Of a stretch of 64,000 bases of DNA, positions 49,046 to 58,662 are shown piece by piece. Each line of letters starts with the position of its first letter. The stretch's first letter is position 1. The stretch is from a candidate division WWE3 bacterium RIFOXYC1_FULL_40_10. GTDB taxonomy: Bacteria > Patescibacteriota > WWE3 > UBA101185 > UBA10185. The notes beneath the pieces were generated by a model, which saw nothing but the letters and a program-made list of their open reading frames with translations, searched no databases and was not told where the DNA came from. Location: the NCBI GenBank assembly GCA_001773215.1, contig MEWB01000001.1, forward strand, positions 151,108 through 215,107. Direction: 5' to 3'. A program made the position numbers and the translations under genes.

Positions 49046-49849
49046 ATGCATTTCTTTAGGGTATATCTTAAAGTAATTAAGTTGGGTTGGGAGCGGGTGT
49101 TATTGTTCAGGATGAATTTCTTGATGGAGCAGCTCAGGAGCCTTATCCTTATGTTTTCTCTTTATTACTTATATGCTTCCCTTTTTCGCACTCAAGGCAA
49201 TTTGTTTGGCTTTGACAGTGTAAAAATTTCTACTTATATAATTCTATCAAGCATTGTTGCCAATTTTGTTTTTAATTACCAAATGCATGCACTTGCAGAT
49301 TCCATTGCCGACGGCAAGATAAATTCCCTGCTTCTTAAGCCTATTAGTATTTTTTGGTATCACCTGGCTCGGGGAGTTGGTGAGCGAATAATTGAACTTG
49401 GTACTTCTTTTGTCACAGTAGCTCTCTTTTTGATTATTACGCGAGCCCCGTTTTTTTTACAACACTCCCCTACTCTATTCGTATGTTTCGTTCTTTTGCT
49501 GATGTTAGCAACAGCTCTTTTTGCAGTTATGGAGTCTACGGTTGGCTTATTGGCTTTTTGGTTGCTGCGTGCCCATGGTCCGAGATTTTTGTTTCAAACA
49601 TTTTTGGAGGTTCTAAGCGGCAAGTTCTTCCCGCTCACAATATTTCCTGCTTTTTTTGTACAGATTCTAAAGTTTCTGCCTTTTGGCTATGTTTTGTATT
49701 TTCCGATTTCAGTTTACTTTGGATTGGCTACCCCAAAAGAGATAGGTTCGACATTTGGGATTACTATTTTGTGGATCAGTACGATGAGTCTTTTATACGT
49801 CTATATATTAAAAAGAGGGCTTAAAGTTTATGGAGCCTATGGAAGTTAG
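49046..49849 (+). CDS. ABC-2-family transporter permease (pair A)
   Basis: 6-TM 267-aa protein. Paralog of 51603..52394 (DGKINSLLLKPISIFWY vs DGTLSNLLLKPISYNLY). Confidence 0.5.
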   Translation: MHFFRVYLKVIKLGWERVLLFRMNFLMEQLRSLILMFSLYYLYASLFRTQGNLFGFDSVKISTYIILSSIVANFVFNYQMHALADSIADGKINSLLLKPISIFWYHLARGVGERIIELGTSFVTVALFLIITRAPFFLQHSPTLFVCFVLLLMLATALFAVMESTVGLLAFWLLRAHGPRFLFQTFLEVLSGKFFPLTIFPAFFVQILKFLPFGYVLYFPISVYFGLATPKEIGSTFGITILWISTMSLLYVYILKRGLKVYGAYGS

Positions 49850-49852
49850 CGT

Positions 49853-50650
49853 ATGCGTGTAACACTCAAAAAGTATTTAAAGGTTTATAAGATATTTGGG
49901 TCAAACGTTTTGAGCAGCCTTTTTGCTTCGAGCCTTGATTTTTTGCTATTGCTTATCGGAAAACTGGTAATATTCTATATCCTTATGTTTTGGGTAAATT
50001 CAATGTTTAGGCACGTTAGCGACCTAAATGGCTATTCGCGGGATCAAGTAATAGTATTTTTCGCTGTATCCTTTTTAATGGATAAGCTTATTCAGGTGTT
50101 TTTCTATCGCGGGTTTCAGCTGTTACCTGGTTGGATAAATGAAGGTGACTTTGACCGTTTATTATTACTCCCCGCTAATTCGTTGTTTTTGTCGGCTTTT
50201 AGGATTACTGATTGGAATGATATTCTTGTCATGATTCCCATATTATTTGTTTTGGTTTCCAAGTTATTTACTGTTGGGGGTTTTAGTTTACTTAGCATGC
50301 CGATTTTTTTGATGTTTGTATTTTTGGGACTTAGTGTGGCCTTTTGTTTTTTCACAATTGTGTCGTCATTAGCATTTAGGTTTATCAAAATCGAGGCTAT
50401 TATGCGAATATATCGAGACTTTATGTATCTAGCCAAGTTTCCTCCCGAGGTGTTTTCCTTGGGTTGGACTGTACTTTTGACATCAGTTGTTCCGATTTTT
50501 ATCATTGTATCGTTGCCAGCTAAGGCTGTACTAGGATTATTGACCTGGCCGTGGGTTTGCACGGGTTTTGGCTCGTTGGCAATGTTGTTTGTGGTGGCAA
50601 TCAAAGCTTGGAAATGGGGATTACATGGGTACAGTAGTGTTGGGAGTTAA
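49853..50650 (+). CDS. ABC-2-family transporter permease (pair B)
   Basis: 265-aa polytopic protein. Paralog of 52375..53184 (GDFDRLLLLPANSLFL vs GSLDRFLLYPLNALYN). Confidence 0.5.
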   Translation: MRVTLKKYLKVYKIFGSNVLSSLFASSLDFLLLLIGKLVIFYILMFWVNSMFRHVSDLNGYSRDQVIVFFAVSFLMDKLIQVFFYRGFQLLPGWINEGDFDRLLLLPANSLFLSAFRITDWNDILVMIPILFVLVSKLFTVGGFSLLSMPIFLMFVFLGLSVAFCFFTIVSSLAFRFIKIEAIMRIYRDFMYLAKFPPEVFSLGWTVLLTSVVPIFIIVSLPAKAVLGLLTWPWVCTGFGSLAMLFVVAIKAWKWGLHGYSSVGS

Positions 50651-50713
50651 GTCCCCATATGATATACTATCGGACAAGATTGAAGACAGGACGAAATCAT
50701 AACAAAGGAGATT

Positions 50714-51157
50714 TTGGAAATGGATACTTACACAGTGATTTTTTCAAGCTTGTTGTGGCTGGTTATAGTTGTACCAGTGTTGTATCTCTTTACTACTGTT
50801 GGAAAGGGTGTCGTTACCGATTTAATTCGTGAGCGGACCCGGAAAACGCACTTTGCATTTTATGTCCGAGCCAGGTTTAGTCTTGGTGGTTTAACTAGAA
50901 AAGTTGTATTTGTACCCATACGAGATTTAGAACCATTTCCCGGCGAACTCACGGTTTATAAACAACGTAATCTGGACGCAAAATTTTATACGGTCACGGC
51001 CTCAAAAGTGAAGAAAGGTGTCTGGTGGGTTAGCCTGCTAGATGAGAGTGGACTCGGGATGGGTGGATATAAGCTGTACTTAATCGACGGCACGCCGGGA
51101 TGCGTAGACATGTTTGCCCAGGGCGAGGTTTTTGTGATGAGGTTGGACCAGAGTTAG
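50714..51157 (+). CDS. Hypothetical N-terminally membrane-anchored protein
   Basis: 147 aa, single N-terminal TM. Inserted between duplicated permease pairs. Confidence 0.3.
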   Translation: MEMDTYTVIFSSLLWLVIVVPVLYLFTTVGKGVVTDLIRERTRKTHFAFYVRARFSLGGLTRKVVFVPIRDLEPFPGELTVYKQRNLDAKFYTVTASKVKKGVWWVSLLDESGLGMGGYKLYLIDGTPGCVDMFAQGEVFVMRLDQS

Positions 51158-51173
51158 GTGAAGGAGTTGGAAA

Positions 51174-51527
51174 ATGAATGAGATAGCTATCGCTGGTGTT
51201 GTTAGTGCACTTTTGGTAACCGGTGCTTTTCTTTTGTGGGGAGTGTACAGGAAGTACTTTATTTGTAAAACCTCCAAGGGGCTGGTTCTTGTGCCAAAAA
51301 ATGAAACTGAGAAACTGGCTGGTAAATCCGAGCACCCTCGTGAAGTCTTGTTGGCGAATAGCTGCTACATTGTGATTAAGCCCGGATATAAGAGAGGTCA
51401 TTGGATTGGCAGGATTGTAGATATGGATGATCCGAAGAAGAGCTTTGCTACCGGGTACTTAGCCAACTACGAAGGGAAAGTTGGAATTAAGAGCATGCAA
51501 AGCTTCTACGCTTTTCCTACCTTCTAG
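51174..51527 (+). CDS. Hypothetical N-terminally membrane-anchored protein
   Basis: 117 aa, single N-terminal TM. Confidence 0.3.
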   Translation: MNEIAIAGVVSALLVTGAFLLWGVYRKYFICKTSKGLVLVPKNETEKLAGKSEHPREVLLANSCYIVIKPGYKRGHWIGRIVDMDDPKKSFATGYLANYEGKVGIKSMQSFYAFPTF

Positions 51528-51602
51528 GGCCCAGTAGTTAGGTGAGATCTTTTATCCCCGGTATTTCTTTATGCCGGGGATTTTCTTGTTATACTTAATG
51601 CG

Positions 51603-52394
51603 ATGCAGGCAGCGCGAAAATATTTCTCAGTATTAAAAACCGGAGTGCTTAACCAAGCTTCCTATCGAACCCGCTTTTTCGGCAATACCCTTGGAAACAT
51701 CGCTTATTTAGTTGTGTATCTTTTTTTATGGAAATACGTTTTTTCCTCCCAAAGTACAATTCAAGGCTACACACTCGGTGCCATGATGACATATTATGTC
51801 CTAACCTTTTTGTTGAAAAGTTTTACAAACAACAATGGGATCTCTTGGGTCTTATCCGATCATATTCGAGACGGAACTTTATCAAACCTTTTACTAAAGC
51901 CAATTAGCTACAACCTTTATATGTTCCTCAATAGCTTTGCTTCACAGATGTTAGCTGTAATTTTCCCTATTATTTTTATGATAGCAGCTACAGTTTTATA
52001 TAGTGATACGATAAAATCCCCTACCAATCCGGGTATATTTATCTTGGTAGTACTTCTATCTACTATGTTAAACCACCTCATTTTTTCACTTATTGGGCTA
52101 ATTAGTTTTTGGACAATAAAAAGTTGGGGAATATTAAGCTTGTTTGGTCGTTTTGCAGATATCCTAAACGGTTCGATTTTCCCGTTAGATTTTTTACCGG
52201 GATGGGCGATTGGAGTGTTAAACTACCTTCCCTTTAAATACATGATGTTTGTGCCTGTATCAGTGTATTTGGGCCGCTTGGAAATGTCGCCGGCTTTGAT
52301 TTTAATTCAACTTGCATGGATTGCCGGTTTACTCGCTTTGTACTTATTTCTGTGGCCTAAAGCTATGAAAAACTATGAAGCTGTTGGAAATTAA
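51603..52394 (+). CDS. ABC-2-family transporter permease (pair A')
   Basis: Paralog of 49046..49849. Confidence 0.5.
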   Translation: MQAARKYFSVLKTGVLNQASYRTRFFGNTLGNIAYLVVYLFLWKYVFSSQSTIQGYTLGAMMTYYVLTFLLKSFTNNNGISWVLSDHIRDGTLSNLLLKPISYNLYMFLNSFASQMLAVIFPIIFMIAATVLYSDTIKSPTNPGIFILVVLLSTMLNHLIFSLIGLISFWTIKSWGILSLFGRFADILNGSIFPLDFLPGWAIGVLNYLPFKYMMFVPVSVYLGRLEMSPALILIQLAWIAGLLALYLFLWPKAMKNYEAVGN

Positions 52395-53184
52395 GCGATA
52401 TTGGAATTTTTTTAAAAAGATTTTCGAGATGCAGGCTATGCAAAACGCCGAGTATCGGGCAGACATGATAATGGTTTTTTTAGCCTCTTGGGGCTATATG
52501 GTTATGAGCCTGGTCTTTTTGTTTGTGTTTTTTGGAAATGTTACAGAAATAGGGGGTTGGAATAAATACGAAACTATTACCTTATTTGCGGTCGGTCAAC
52601 TTGTTTTTTATTTAAATTGGTCGTTTTTTGGAAGTGTGAGTGAAGCTGTTGGTAAGTTTATTCAGGAAGGTTCTTTGGATAGGTTTTTACTCTACCCTCT
52701 TAATGCCCTATATAATATTTCGGTTTGTAGCCCGGATTTTATTGTCACCATTCCTTCTTTTATTTTTACAGGGGCCGTTCTAGTATGGGGATACATTCAT
52801 TTGGAGTCGGAAACAGGGTTGGCCGGTATGATCCTGTGTGTGTTACTAATGATAGTGGGTTGCCTGCAGGTGACTTTTTATAACTTATGCATCAGTTTAT
52901 TGTCTTTTTGGTTAACTGATGTGCGATCAATCCACCGAGTTAGAATTCGACTTCAGGATTTGTATAAATTTCCCCGAGATATTTACCCCCAAGGCTCCAT
53001 AAGGGCAATTTTTACCTATGTGATTCCAATTGCTCTTACAGCCTATGTTCCGGCGTATGTGCTTGTTAAGGGATTTGATTTGTCACTTATCCTAGTATAT
53101 TTGTTTGTTACTGTAATGCTGTTTGGTTTGACACTATTGCTTTGGGGTATGGGGAAAAAAGTTTATTCGAGTGTTAGCAGCTAG
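52375..53184 (+). CDS. ABC-2-family transporter permease (pair B')
   Basis: Paralog of 49853..50650. Overlaps A' stop. Confidence 0.5.
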   Translation: MKLLEIKRYWNFFKKIFEMQAMQNAEYRADMIMVFLASWGYMVMSLVFLFVFFGNVTEIGGWNKYETITLFAVGQLVFYLNWSFFGSVSEAVGKFIQEGSLDRFLLYPLNALYNISVCSPDFIVTIPSFIFTGAVLVWGYIHLESETGLAGMILCVLLMIVGCLQVTFYNLCISLLSFWLTDVRSIHRVRIRLQDLYKFPRDIYPQGSIRAIFTYVIPIALTAYVPAYVLVKGFDLSLILVYLFVTVMLFGLTLLLWGMGKKVYSSVSS

Positions 53185-55601
53185 TATTTGATACCAAACC
53201 ATCCCAACATTGTTTGCCACAACGGTTTTTTAACTTGTTCATCTTTGGTTTGTATGCCTTGAACCTGAGGTTTGAGTTCTTCCTTAGTGTAACTAACTTG
53301 ACGCTGCTCTTCGGGATTGTTTGCCGGTCCGAGAGATTGTGTGGCTATGCCAAGAGATTGTGGGAAAGATGTGGCTGTTGGATCAATATTTAAGTTAAAC
53401 GCCAAAGCACTTTTATTTCCGGCTTTATCTTCCGAGGTTATTAGTATTTCATGTTTTCCAACACCTAAACTAGTTGGATTTAGGTTGAATTCTCCCGTTT
53501 CCTCGTTGACCGTTATTTTTCCGTCCACATTTATATCAAGAATAGCGCTTTTCTCGGTGTGTCCTATAATAGTGGGATTTTGCTCAGTATAGAAATAATC
53601 CTTGTATATCTCAAAGTTTGGTTCAAAAGTACCAATTTTCGAAATAGAAAGGTTCGGGGGTGTGGTATCCACTTTTATTAGCTGTTCAAACGTATCCGAT
53701 TCATTACCGGCCCGATCTTTTAGTCTTATGTACAATCTCTTCTTTTCGTCCCCAGAAGATAAATGTATCCACATATCGCTGTCGTACTCCTGCCAGTTAG
53801 CATCACTAAAGTCTTGGTGCTGAGCTATCTTAATATATTTCGCTTTTGTGGTATTGTTTGATGTATCAAAGTAAAGCTTTATTCTGTGTTGGTTAGTATA
53901 AATTGTAGTATCCCCCACTTCATACCTATCTTGCTTATTTAGTCCCAGTTCCAGTTCCGAATCTAATTTATTAGGATAGAGGGCGAATAAGTTGGTAGGC
54001 ATATAAACGGTATTCTGGTCATAAGATCTGACATAGATTGTTCCTATGTTATCCCCTAGCGAAGAAACATCGCATGTAAATTTTTCGGTTCCCGAATCGA
54101 AAGTTCCATCGTCAGCAGTACAGGCAGTCCACGCACCGTACGTAGTGTTTGACGTATTCCACTGAATTCCTGAAACGGTAAAAGCCACATTTGTATCAGT
54201 TGCTGTTCCGGTTAATCTACCTGTTTCTATAACATCATTATTACTCAAATCTATTGTAGGGGTACCGTGAGTTACACTGTATAGATAGAGTTTCGCTTTA
54301 GACGCCCCAGCCGAATACCCATACGCAACGACGCCAAAATCGCCCCAGCCATCGCCTTCAAAATCCCCAACATCGATTGGTATTGAGTATCTATCTAGAT
54401 TAGATTGTCCCAAGTTTGTCCAAAAGGGAGATGCCGGAGAAGATGTTCCCCCTTGATATAGATATACTTTCCCTTTGCGGGCGTTAGAAGCATAACCCCA
54501 GGCTCCTATAAGCATTTCGCCATACCCATCGTTATCTAGATCTCCGATTCCTAAGGCATGTCGGCCATAGCCATCAGCGGCATTTTCTTGGGTGTAGGTG
54601 CGTTCGAGTGTGGAAAGATCAGTTGATTTGTAAAGCCTAAATGAGGTTTCGCCTGTTCCTGTGGCAAGTATTCCGTCTGTGCCGTGGCCAAAAAAGTCTC
54701 TTGCCTTATTAACAAGCCAGGTATATATAGCCCCCGCAGAAGGGCCAAAATACCTAGCATCCCTTGATAGCACCCCTGACGAGTTCCCATAAAAAACTCC
54801 CAATGCACCCGCATTTGAATACAAGGTACCGTCATAAGGTTGGCCAATAACTATGTCAGGGTACGCGTCTTCGTTGGCATTAGTTATCTGTAACTCCCCG
54901 TAGGAACCACTAAAGCTACCTACCTCTGGAAAAACATAGGTTGACGAAGGAGATTGGAAATTTTGAATAGGCCCTAGGTATAAAGATAATCTTCCCGTAA
55001 GGGTTGGGTTTGTATAGCTTCTAGAAAAACCAATTATATCGAGATTGCCATCCATGTTGAAGTCGAGCACTTTGTTTGCATAACCTAAGCTATCCATCTT
55101 GCCAAACTCCCCCTGCAGTATTGCGTCTATGCCATTCAAAAGGCTGTCTCCGCCATAGTATATCTCTATTCTTCCCTGAGCTCCGGTGGTCTGATTTCCG
55201 TACCAAGGATTGCCCACAATAAGATCATCTACGCCATCCTTATTTAGATCTCCCTTATCTATTTCGTATCCCATGTTAAAGTCCCCAAGAACTCCTGTGA
55301 CTGTTGCCGTAGGAGAAGTGGCTAGTGTACCGTTTGAGGAAGTTTGGAAATAGTATAGCTTTCCCCTGTTACTACTTGCTGTGGGGTCGGCTAGTACAAA
55401 GTCTATATAGCCATCCCCATTGAAGTCCCCCGCTATGTCGTAGGAAATATACCAGCTAAAATTGGATCCGGCAGATGGTAATAAAGGCCCTGCAGACTGT
55501 TTGAGTTCAATACTTGGAGTTGCCAAAGAGTTAGTATTTACCAGAAAAATGGCAAGAACAGCTACAACACATTTAAGACAGGGTTTTAAATTACACTTCA
55601 C
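53181..55601 (-). CDS. Secreted FG-GAP/integrin-alpha-like repeat protein with C-terminal Ig-like domains
   Basis: Signal peptide. Repeated Ca-binding loops DFNGDGYIDFV, DLNKDGVDDLIVG, DFNMDGNLDIIG, DLDNDGYGEMLIG, DFEGDGWGDFGV. C-terminal block ...WTACTADDGTFDSGTEKFTCDVSS...RSYDQNTVYMP... shared with the 62070 gene. Confidence 0.65.
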   Translation of the reverse strand: MKCNLKPCLKCVVAVLAIFLVNTNSLATPSIELKQSAGPLLPSAGSNFSWYISYDIAGDFNGDGYIDFVLADPTASSNRGKLYYFQTSSNGTLATSPTATVTGVLGDFNMGYEIDKGDLNKDGVDDLIVGNPWYGNQTTGAQGRIEIYYGGDSLLNGIDAILQGEFGKMDSLGYANKVLDFNMDGNLDIIGFSRSYTNPTLTGRLSLYLGPIQNFQSPSSTYVFPEVGSFSGSYGELQITNANEDAYPDIVIGQPYDGTLYSNAGALGVFYGNSSGVLSRDARYFGPSAGAIYTWLVNKARDFFGHGTDGILATGTGETSFRLYKSTDLSTLERTYTQENAADGYGRHALGIGDLDNDGYGEMLIGAWGYASNARKGKVYLYQGGTSSPASPFWTNLGQSNLDRYSIPIDVGDFEGDGWGDFGVVAYGYSAGASKAKLYLYSVTHGTPTIDLSNNDVIETGRLTGTATDTNVAFTVSGIQWNTSNTTYGAWTACTADDGTFDSGTEKFTCDVSSLGDNIGTIYVRSYDQNTVYMPTNLFALYPNKLDSELELGLNKQDRYEVGDTTIYTNQHRIKLYFDTSNNTTKAKYIKIAQHQDFSDANWQEYDSDMWIHLSSGDEKKRLYIRLKDRAGNESDTFEQLIKVDTTPPNLSISKIGTFEPNFEIYKDYFYTEQNPTIIGHTEKSAILDINVDGKITVNEETGEFNLNPTSLGVGKHEILITSEDKAGNKSALAFNLNIDPTATSFPQSLGIATQSLGPANNPEEQRQVSYTKEELKPQVQGIQTKDEQVKKPLWQTMLGWFGIKY

Positions 55602-55636
55602 ATAGATAATTTTATAGTACTATCGCACCTCATGGA

Positions 55637-55831
55637 AGGGTCTCGCCTAGCTATCAGGTCTATACTGGCCTAATTTGGCAATTCAGATCTTGTAAATTCG
55701 GTACACTCAGCTACGTTATAGTGTATTCACCCACCTAAGAGCAAAATCCCATGGCCAAAATTAGTGCGAATTTTTTGCGATCCTATGTGACAACAAGTGT
55801 GAGGCAAGACCTGATAGCTAGGCGAGACCCT
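55637..55831. repeat. Perfect 25-bp terminal inverted repeats (AGGGTCTCGCCTAGCTATCAGGTCT / AGACCTGATAGCTAGGCGAGACCCT) flanking a 145-bp spacer
   Basis: Left arm 55637-55661, right arm 55807-55831, exact reverse complements. Lies entirely in the divergent intergenic region between the FG-GAP gene start (55601) and ABC ATPase start (55855). Confidence 0.7.
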
Positions 55832-55854
55832 GTGCGGTGTAGTATCATTTACAT

Positions 55855-56844
55855 ATGTCTACCACAATAAAAGTTTCTAATCTAACCAAAAACTTCAAAA
55901 CATATAAAAAACAGCCTGGGCTAGCAGGAAGCTTTAAAGCACTGTTCAAGCGTGAGTATAAAACTATATCCGCTGTTAAAAGCCTAAATTTAGAAATTGC
56001 TCAAGGCGAGCTAGTAGGTTTTATCGGCCCAAATGGTGCGGGTAAAACTACCACACTAAAAATGCTTTCAGGGCTTCTCTACCCTTCTTCTGGAGCCGCA
56101 CAGGTTTTGGGATTTACGCCATTTGATCGAAAAAACGAATTCTTAAAGCAAATAAGCCTTGTAATGGGCCAAAAAAACCAACTGTGGTGGGATTTACCTG
56201 CAATTGAAACTTTCAACTTAAATAAAGAGATCTACGAAATTAATGATAAAGATTACAAAGAAACATTAGAAGAGCTCACTGAGCTTTTAGATGTGAAAGA
56301 AGTAATGCATCAACAAGTACGCAAAATGAGCCTTGGTCAGCGCATGAAGTGTGAGTTAATAGCTTCCCTACTCCACCGCCCCAAAGTGTTGTTTTTAGAT
56401 GAACCCACAATTGGCCTTGATGTAGTTATGCAAAAAAAGGTTCGAGAGTTTATAAAAGAATACAATAAGAAGTATAACTCTACGGTGATCTTGACCTCTC
56501 ATTATATGGATGATGTAAAGGAAATTTGTGATCGCGTAATTATAATAAATGAGGGAACTTTAGCTTTTGACGGGGCTTTAAAGCAGTTAACAAAGGATTA
56601 TGCCGACTACAAGATTTTGATACCTATTTTCAATTCGGCTGTAACAAAACCTGAGCTAGAGGAGCTGGGCGAGGTTGTTGAGTTTGATCATCCCAGGGCT
56701 GTTATAAAGGTTCCTAGGGATCGAGTCGCCTCTGTGGCAGGCAGAGTGTTGGAGAAGTACGACGTTGATGATTTAGACATTAACGAGCCTAAACTTGAGG
56801 ATGTGATAAGACAAATTTTTGAGAAGCCGAGTAGTCTGATTTAG
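55855..56844 (+). CDS. ABC transporter ATP-binding protein
   Basis: Walker A GPNGAGKTTTLKML, signature-like MSLGQRMK, Walker B VLFLDEPTIGLD, H-loop TSHYM. Confidence 0.85.
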   Translation: MSTTIKVSNLTKNFKTYKKQPGLAGSFKALFKREYKTISAVKSLNLEIAQGELVGFIGPNGAGKTTTLKMLSGLLYPSSGAAQVLGFTPFDRKNEFLKQISLVMGQKNQLWWDLPAIETFNLNKEIYEINDKDYKETLEELTELLDVKEVMHQQVRKMSLGQRMKCELIASLLHRPKVLFLDEPTIGLDVVMQKKVREFIKEYNKKYNSTVILTSHYMDDVKEICDRVIIINEGTLAFDGALKQLTKDYADYKILIPIFNSAVTKPELEELGEVVEFDHPRAVIKVPRDRVASVAGRVLEKYDVDDLDINEPKLEDVIRQIFEKPSSLI

Positions 56845-56850
56845 ATTGCC

Positions 56851-58656
56851 ATGACTACTGAAACTTCAAAATTAACCGTATTAACCCCGGAAGCTGTTTC
56901 CAAGGAGAATTCCCCCGATCGATTTTATGTTAGCACTAAGAAGTATGGTGAAACAATTTCTACCTTAAAGCCGGGTTTTGAACAAAACGTAGAAAAATAT
57001 GAAGGTGTCTATGAAGTGGATGTCCCAAAGGAAGTGCTTAAAGTTTGTAAAGAAATACAAAGTATTGGGGGGCGTTCTTTACTAGTGGGAGGCAGTGTTC
57101 GAGACGCCGTTATTACAAAGGAATTTCCAGAGATGGATTTACGGCCTAAGGACTTTGATCTGGAAATTTATGGTATGTCTATTGAGCAGCTTCAACTTGT
57201 ATTGGAAACTACTTTTGGCTCTGAAAATATCAATACTGTTGGCAAGGCATTTGGAATCATTAAAGTAAAAATCGAAGGTTGGGAGGAACCTTTGGACTTT
57301 AGTATCCCAAGACGAGACTCCAAGACCAGTGAAGGACACAAAGGATTCTCAGTTCAAGGCGATCCGTCAATGACAATAGACGAGGCATCTCTGCGTAGAG
57401 ATTTAACAATTAACTCTATTGCTTACGACCCTTTAACAAGGACGCTTTATGATGCCTATGGCGGTGTGGAGGATATTAAAAACAGAACAATCGAAGTTAC
57501 AGATATCTTAGCCTTTCAAGAGGATCCCTTACGGGTTATGCGTATTATGCAGTTTGCCTCCCGCTTTGGTTTTAAAGTATCCGAAAGAACTACACAGCTG
57601 TGTAGGGAGATGGTTGAACGTGGGGATATGGATGAACTTCCAAGAGAGCGCATTGCCGAGGAAGTTAAAAAACTATTAACCAAGGGAAAACGGCCTTCTG
57701 TTGGATTTGAATTCGCAAGAGAAGTTGGTTTTATAGATAGGTATTGGCCAGAATTGGGGGTTTTAGTGGGAGTTACACAAGAAAAAGATTGGCACCCGGA
57801 GGGAGATGTTTGGACGCACACACTTCAAGTAATAGACGCCGCTGCAGAAATTGCGGACCGAGAAATAAAGGCCGGAAAAATGGAAAAAGCCGATAAGTTG
57901 GTGCTGGTAACAGCAGCCCTTTGTCATGATTTTGGTAAACCCTCAACTACTGAGTTTATAGATGGTGCTTACAGAGCAAGGGGTCACGAACCGGCAGGTG
58001 TTTTACCAACGAGGGAGTTTATAGAGCGCATATTCGGAGATCCCAAATCAAGAGCGTTTTCTGAGATAACAAAAAGGGTTCTTCCTTTGGTAGCAGACCA
58101 CTTGAAGCCGAAGGACTTGTGGAAAAACGAAGTGGAAAAAGGTATAGATCAAACCAGAGCTATTAGGAGTTTAGCCAAGAGATTATCCGATGGGGACAGC
58201 AAAGATTACCCAGATGGCGGAGGCTCAAATATTTATACATTAGCTTTATTGGCTGAGGCAGACCAAAGGGGTAGAAACGGTGCAGGTAGTTCCTATCTAG
58301 CAAGAGATCAGGTGCCGGACCTAGTAAACTGGCAAGATTGGTTGTTAACGCGATCCCAGGAGTTAAAAGTCGAGCAAAAAAAGTCGGAAATGATATTGAC
58401 GGGGAAGGAATATTTGCAAAAGTTGGGCGAAAAAAACGGGGGACCTTGGTTGGGAGTAATATTAGGCGCCACTTACCTCGAACAAGTAGATGGCATGGTG
58501 AACTCCATGGATGAAGCTCTGATCAGAGCCATGGCATTTAGAGAAGTATTTACCCAGAAAGTGAGAAAAGAGTCTCAAATCACAAAACTACAGGAGAGGG
58601 AAATTTGGGATAGGATAAGAAAGATGGAAGATCCCAGAGAGTTTCTTACTTCCTAG
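56851..58656 (+). CDS. cca: CCA-adding enzyme / poly(A) polymerase-family tRNA nucleotidyltransferase with HD domain
   Basis: Head domain LLVGGSVRDAVI...DFDLEIYG. HD domain HPEGDVWTHTLQV ... ALCHDFGKP. Confidence 0.7.
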   Translation: MTTETSKLTVLTPEAVSKENSPDRFYVSTKKYGETISTLKPGFEQNVEKYEGVYEVDVPKEVLKVCKEIQSIGGRSLLVGGSVRDAVITKEFPEMDLRPKDFDLEIYGMSIEQLQLVLETTFGSENINTVGKAFGIIKVKIEGWEEPLDFSIPRRDSKTSEGHKGFSVQGDPSMTIDEASLRRDLTINSIAYDPLTRTLYDAYGGVEDIKNRTIEVTDILAFQEDPLRVMRIMQFASRFGFKVSERTTQLCREMVERGDMDELPRERIAEEVKKLLTKGKRPSVGFEFAREVGFIDRYWPELGVLVGVTQEKDWHPEGDVWTHTLQVIDAAAEIADREIKAGKMEKADKLVLVTAALCHDFGKPSTTEFIDGAYRARGHEPAGVLPTREFIERIFGDPKSRAFSEITKRVLPLVADHLKPKDLWKNEVEKGIDQTRAIRSLAKRLSDGDSKDYPDGGGSNIYTLALLAEADQRGRNGAGSSYLARDQVPDLVNWQDWLLTRSQELKVEQKKSEMILTGKEYLQKLGEKNGGPWLGVILGATYLEQVDGMVNSMDEALIRAMAFREVFTQKVRKESQITKLQEREIWDRIRKMEDPREFLTS

Positions 58657-58662
58657 TTTCTG

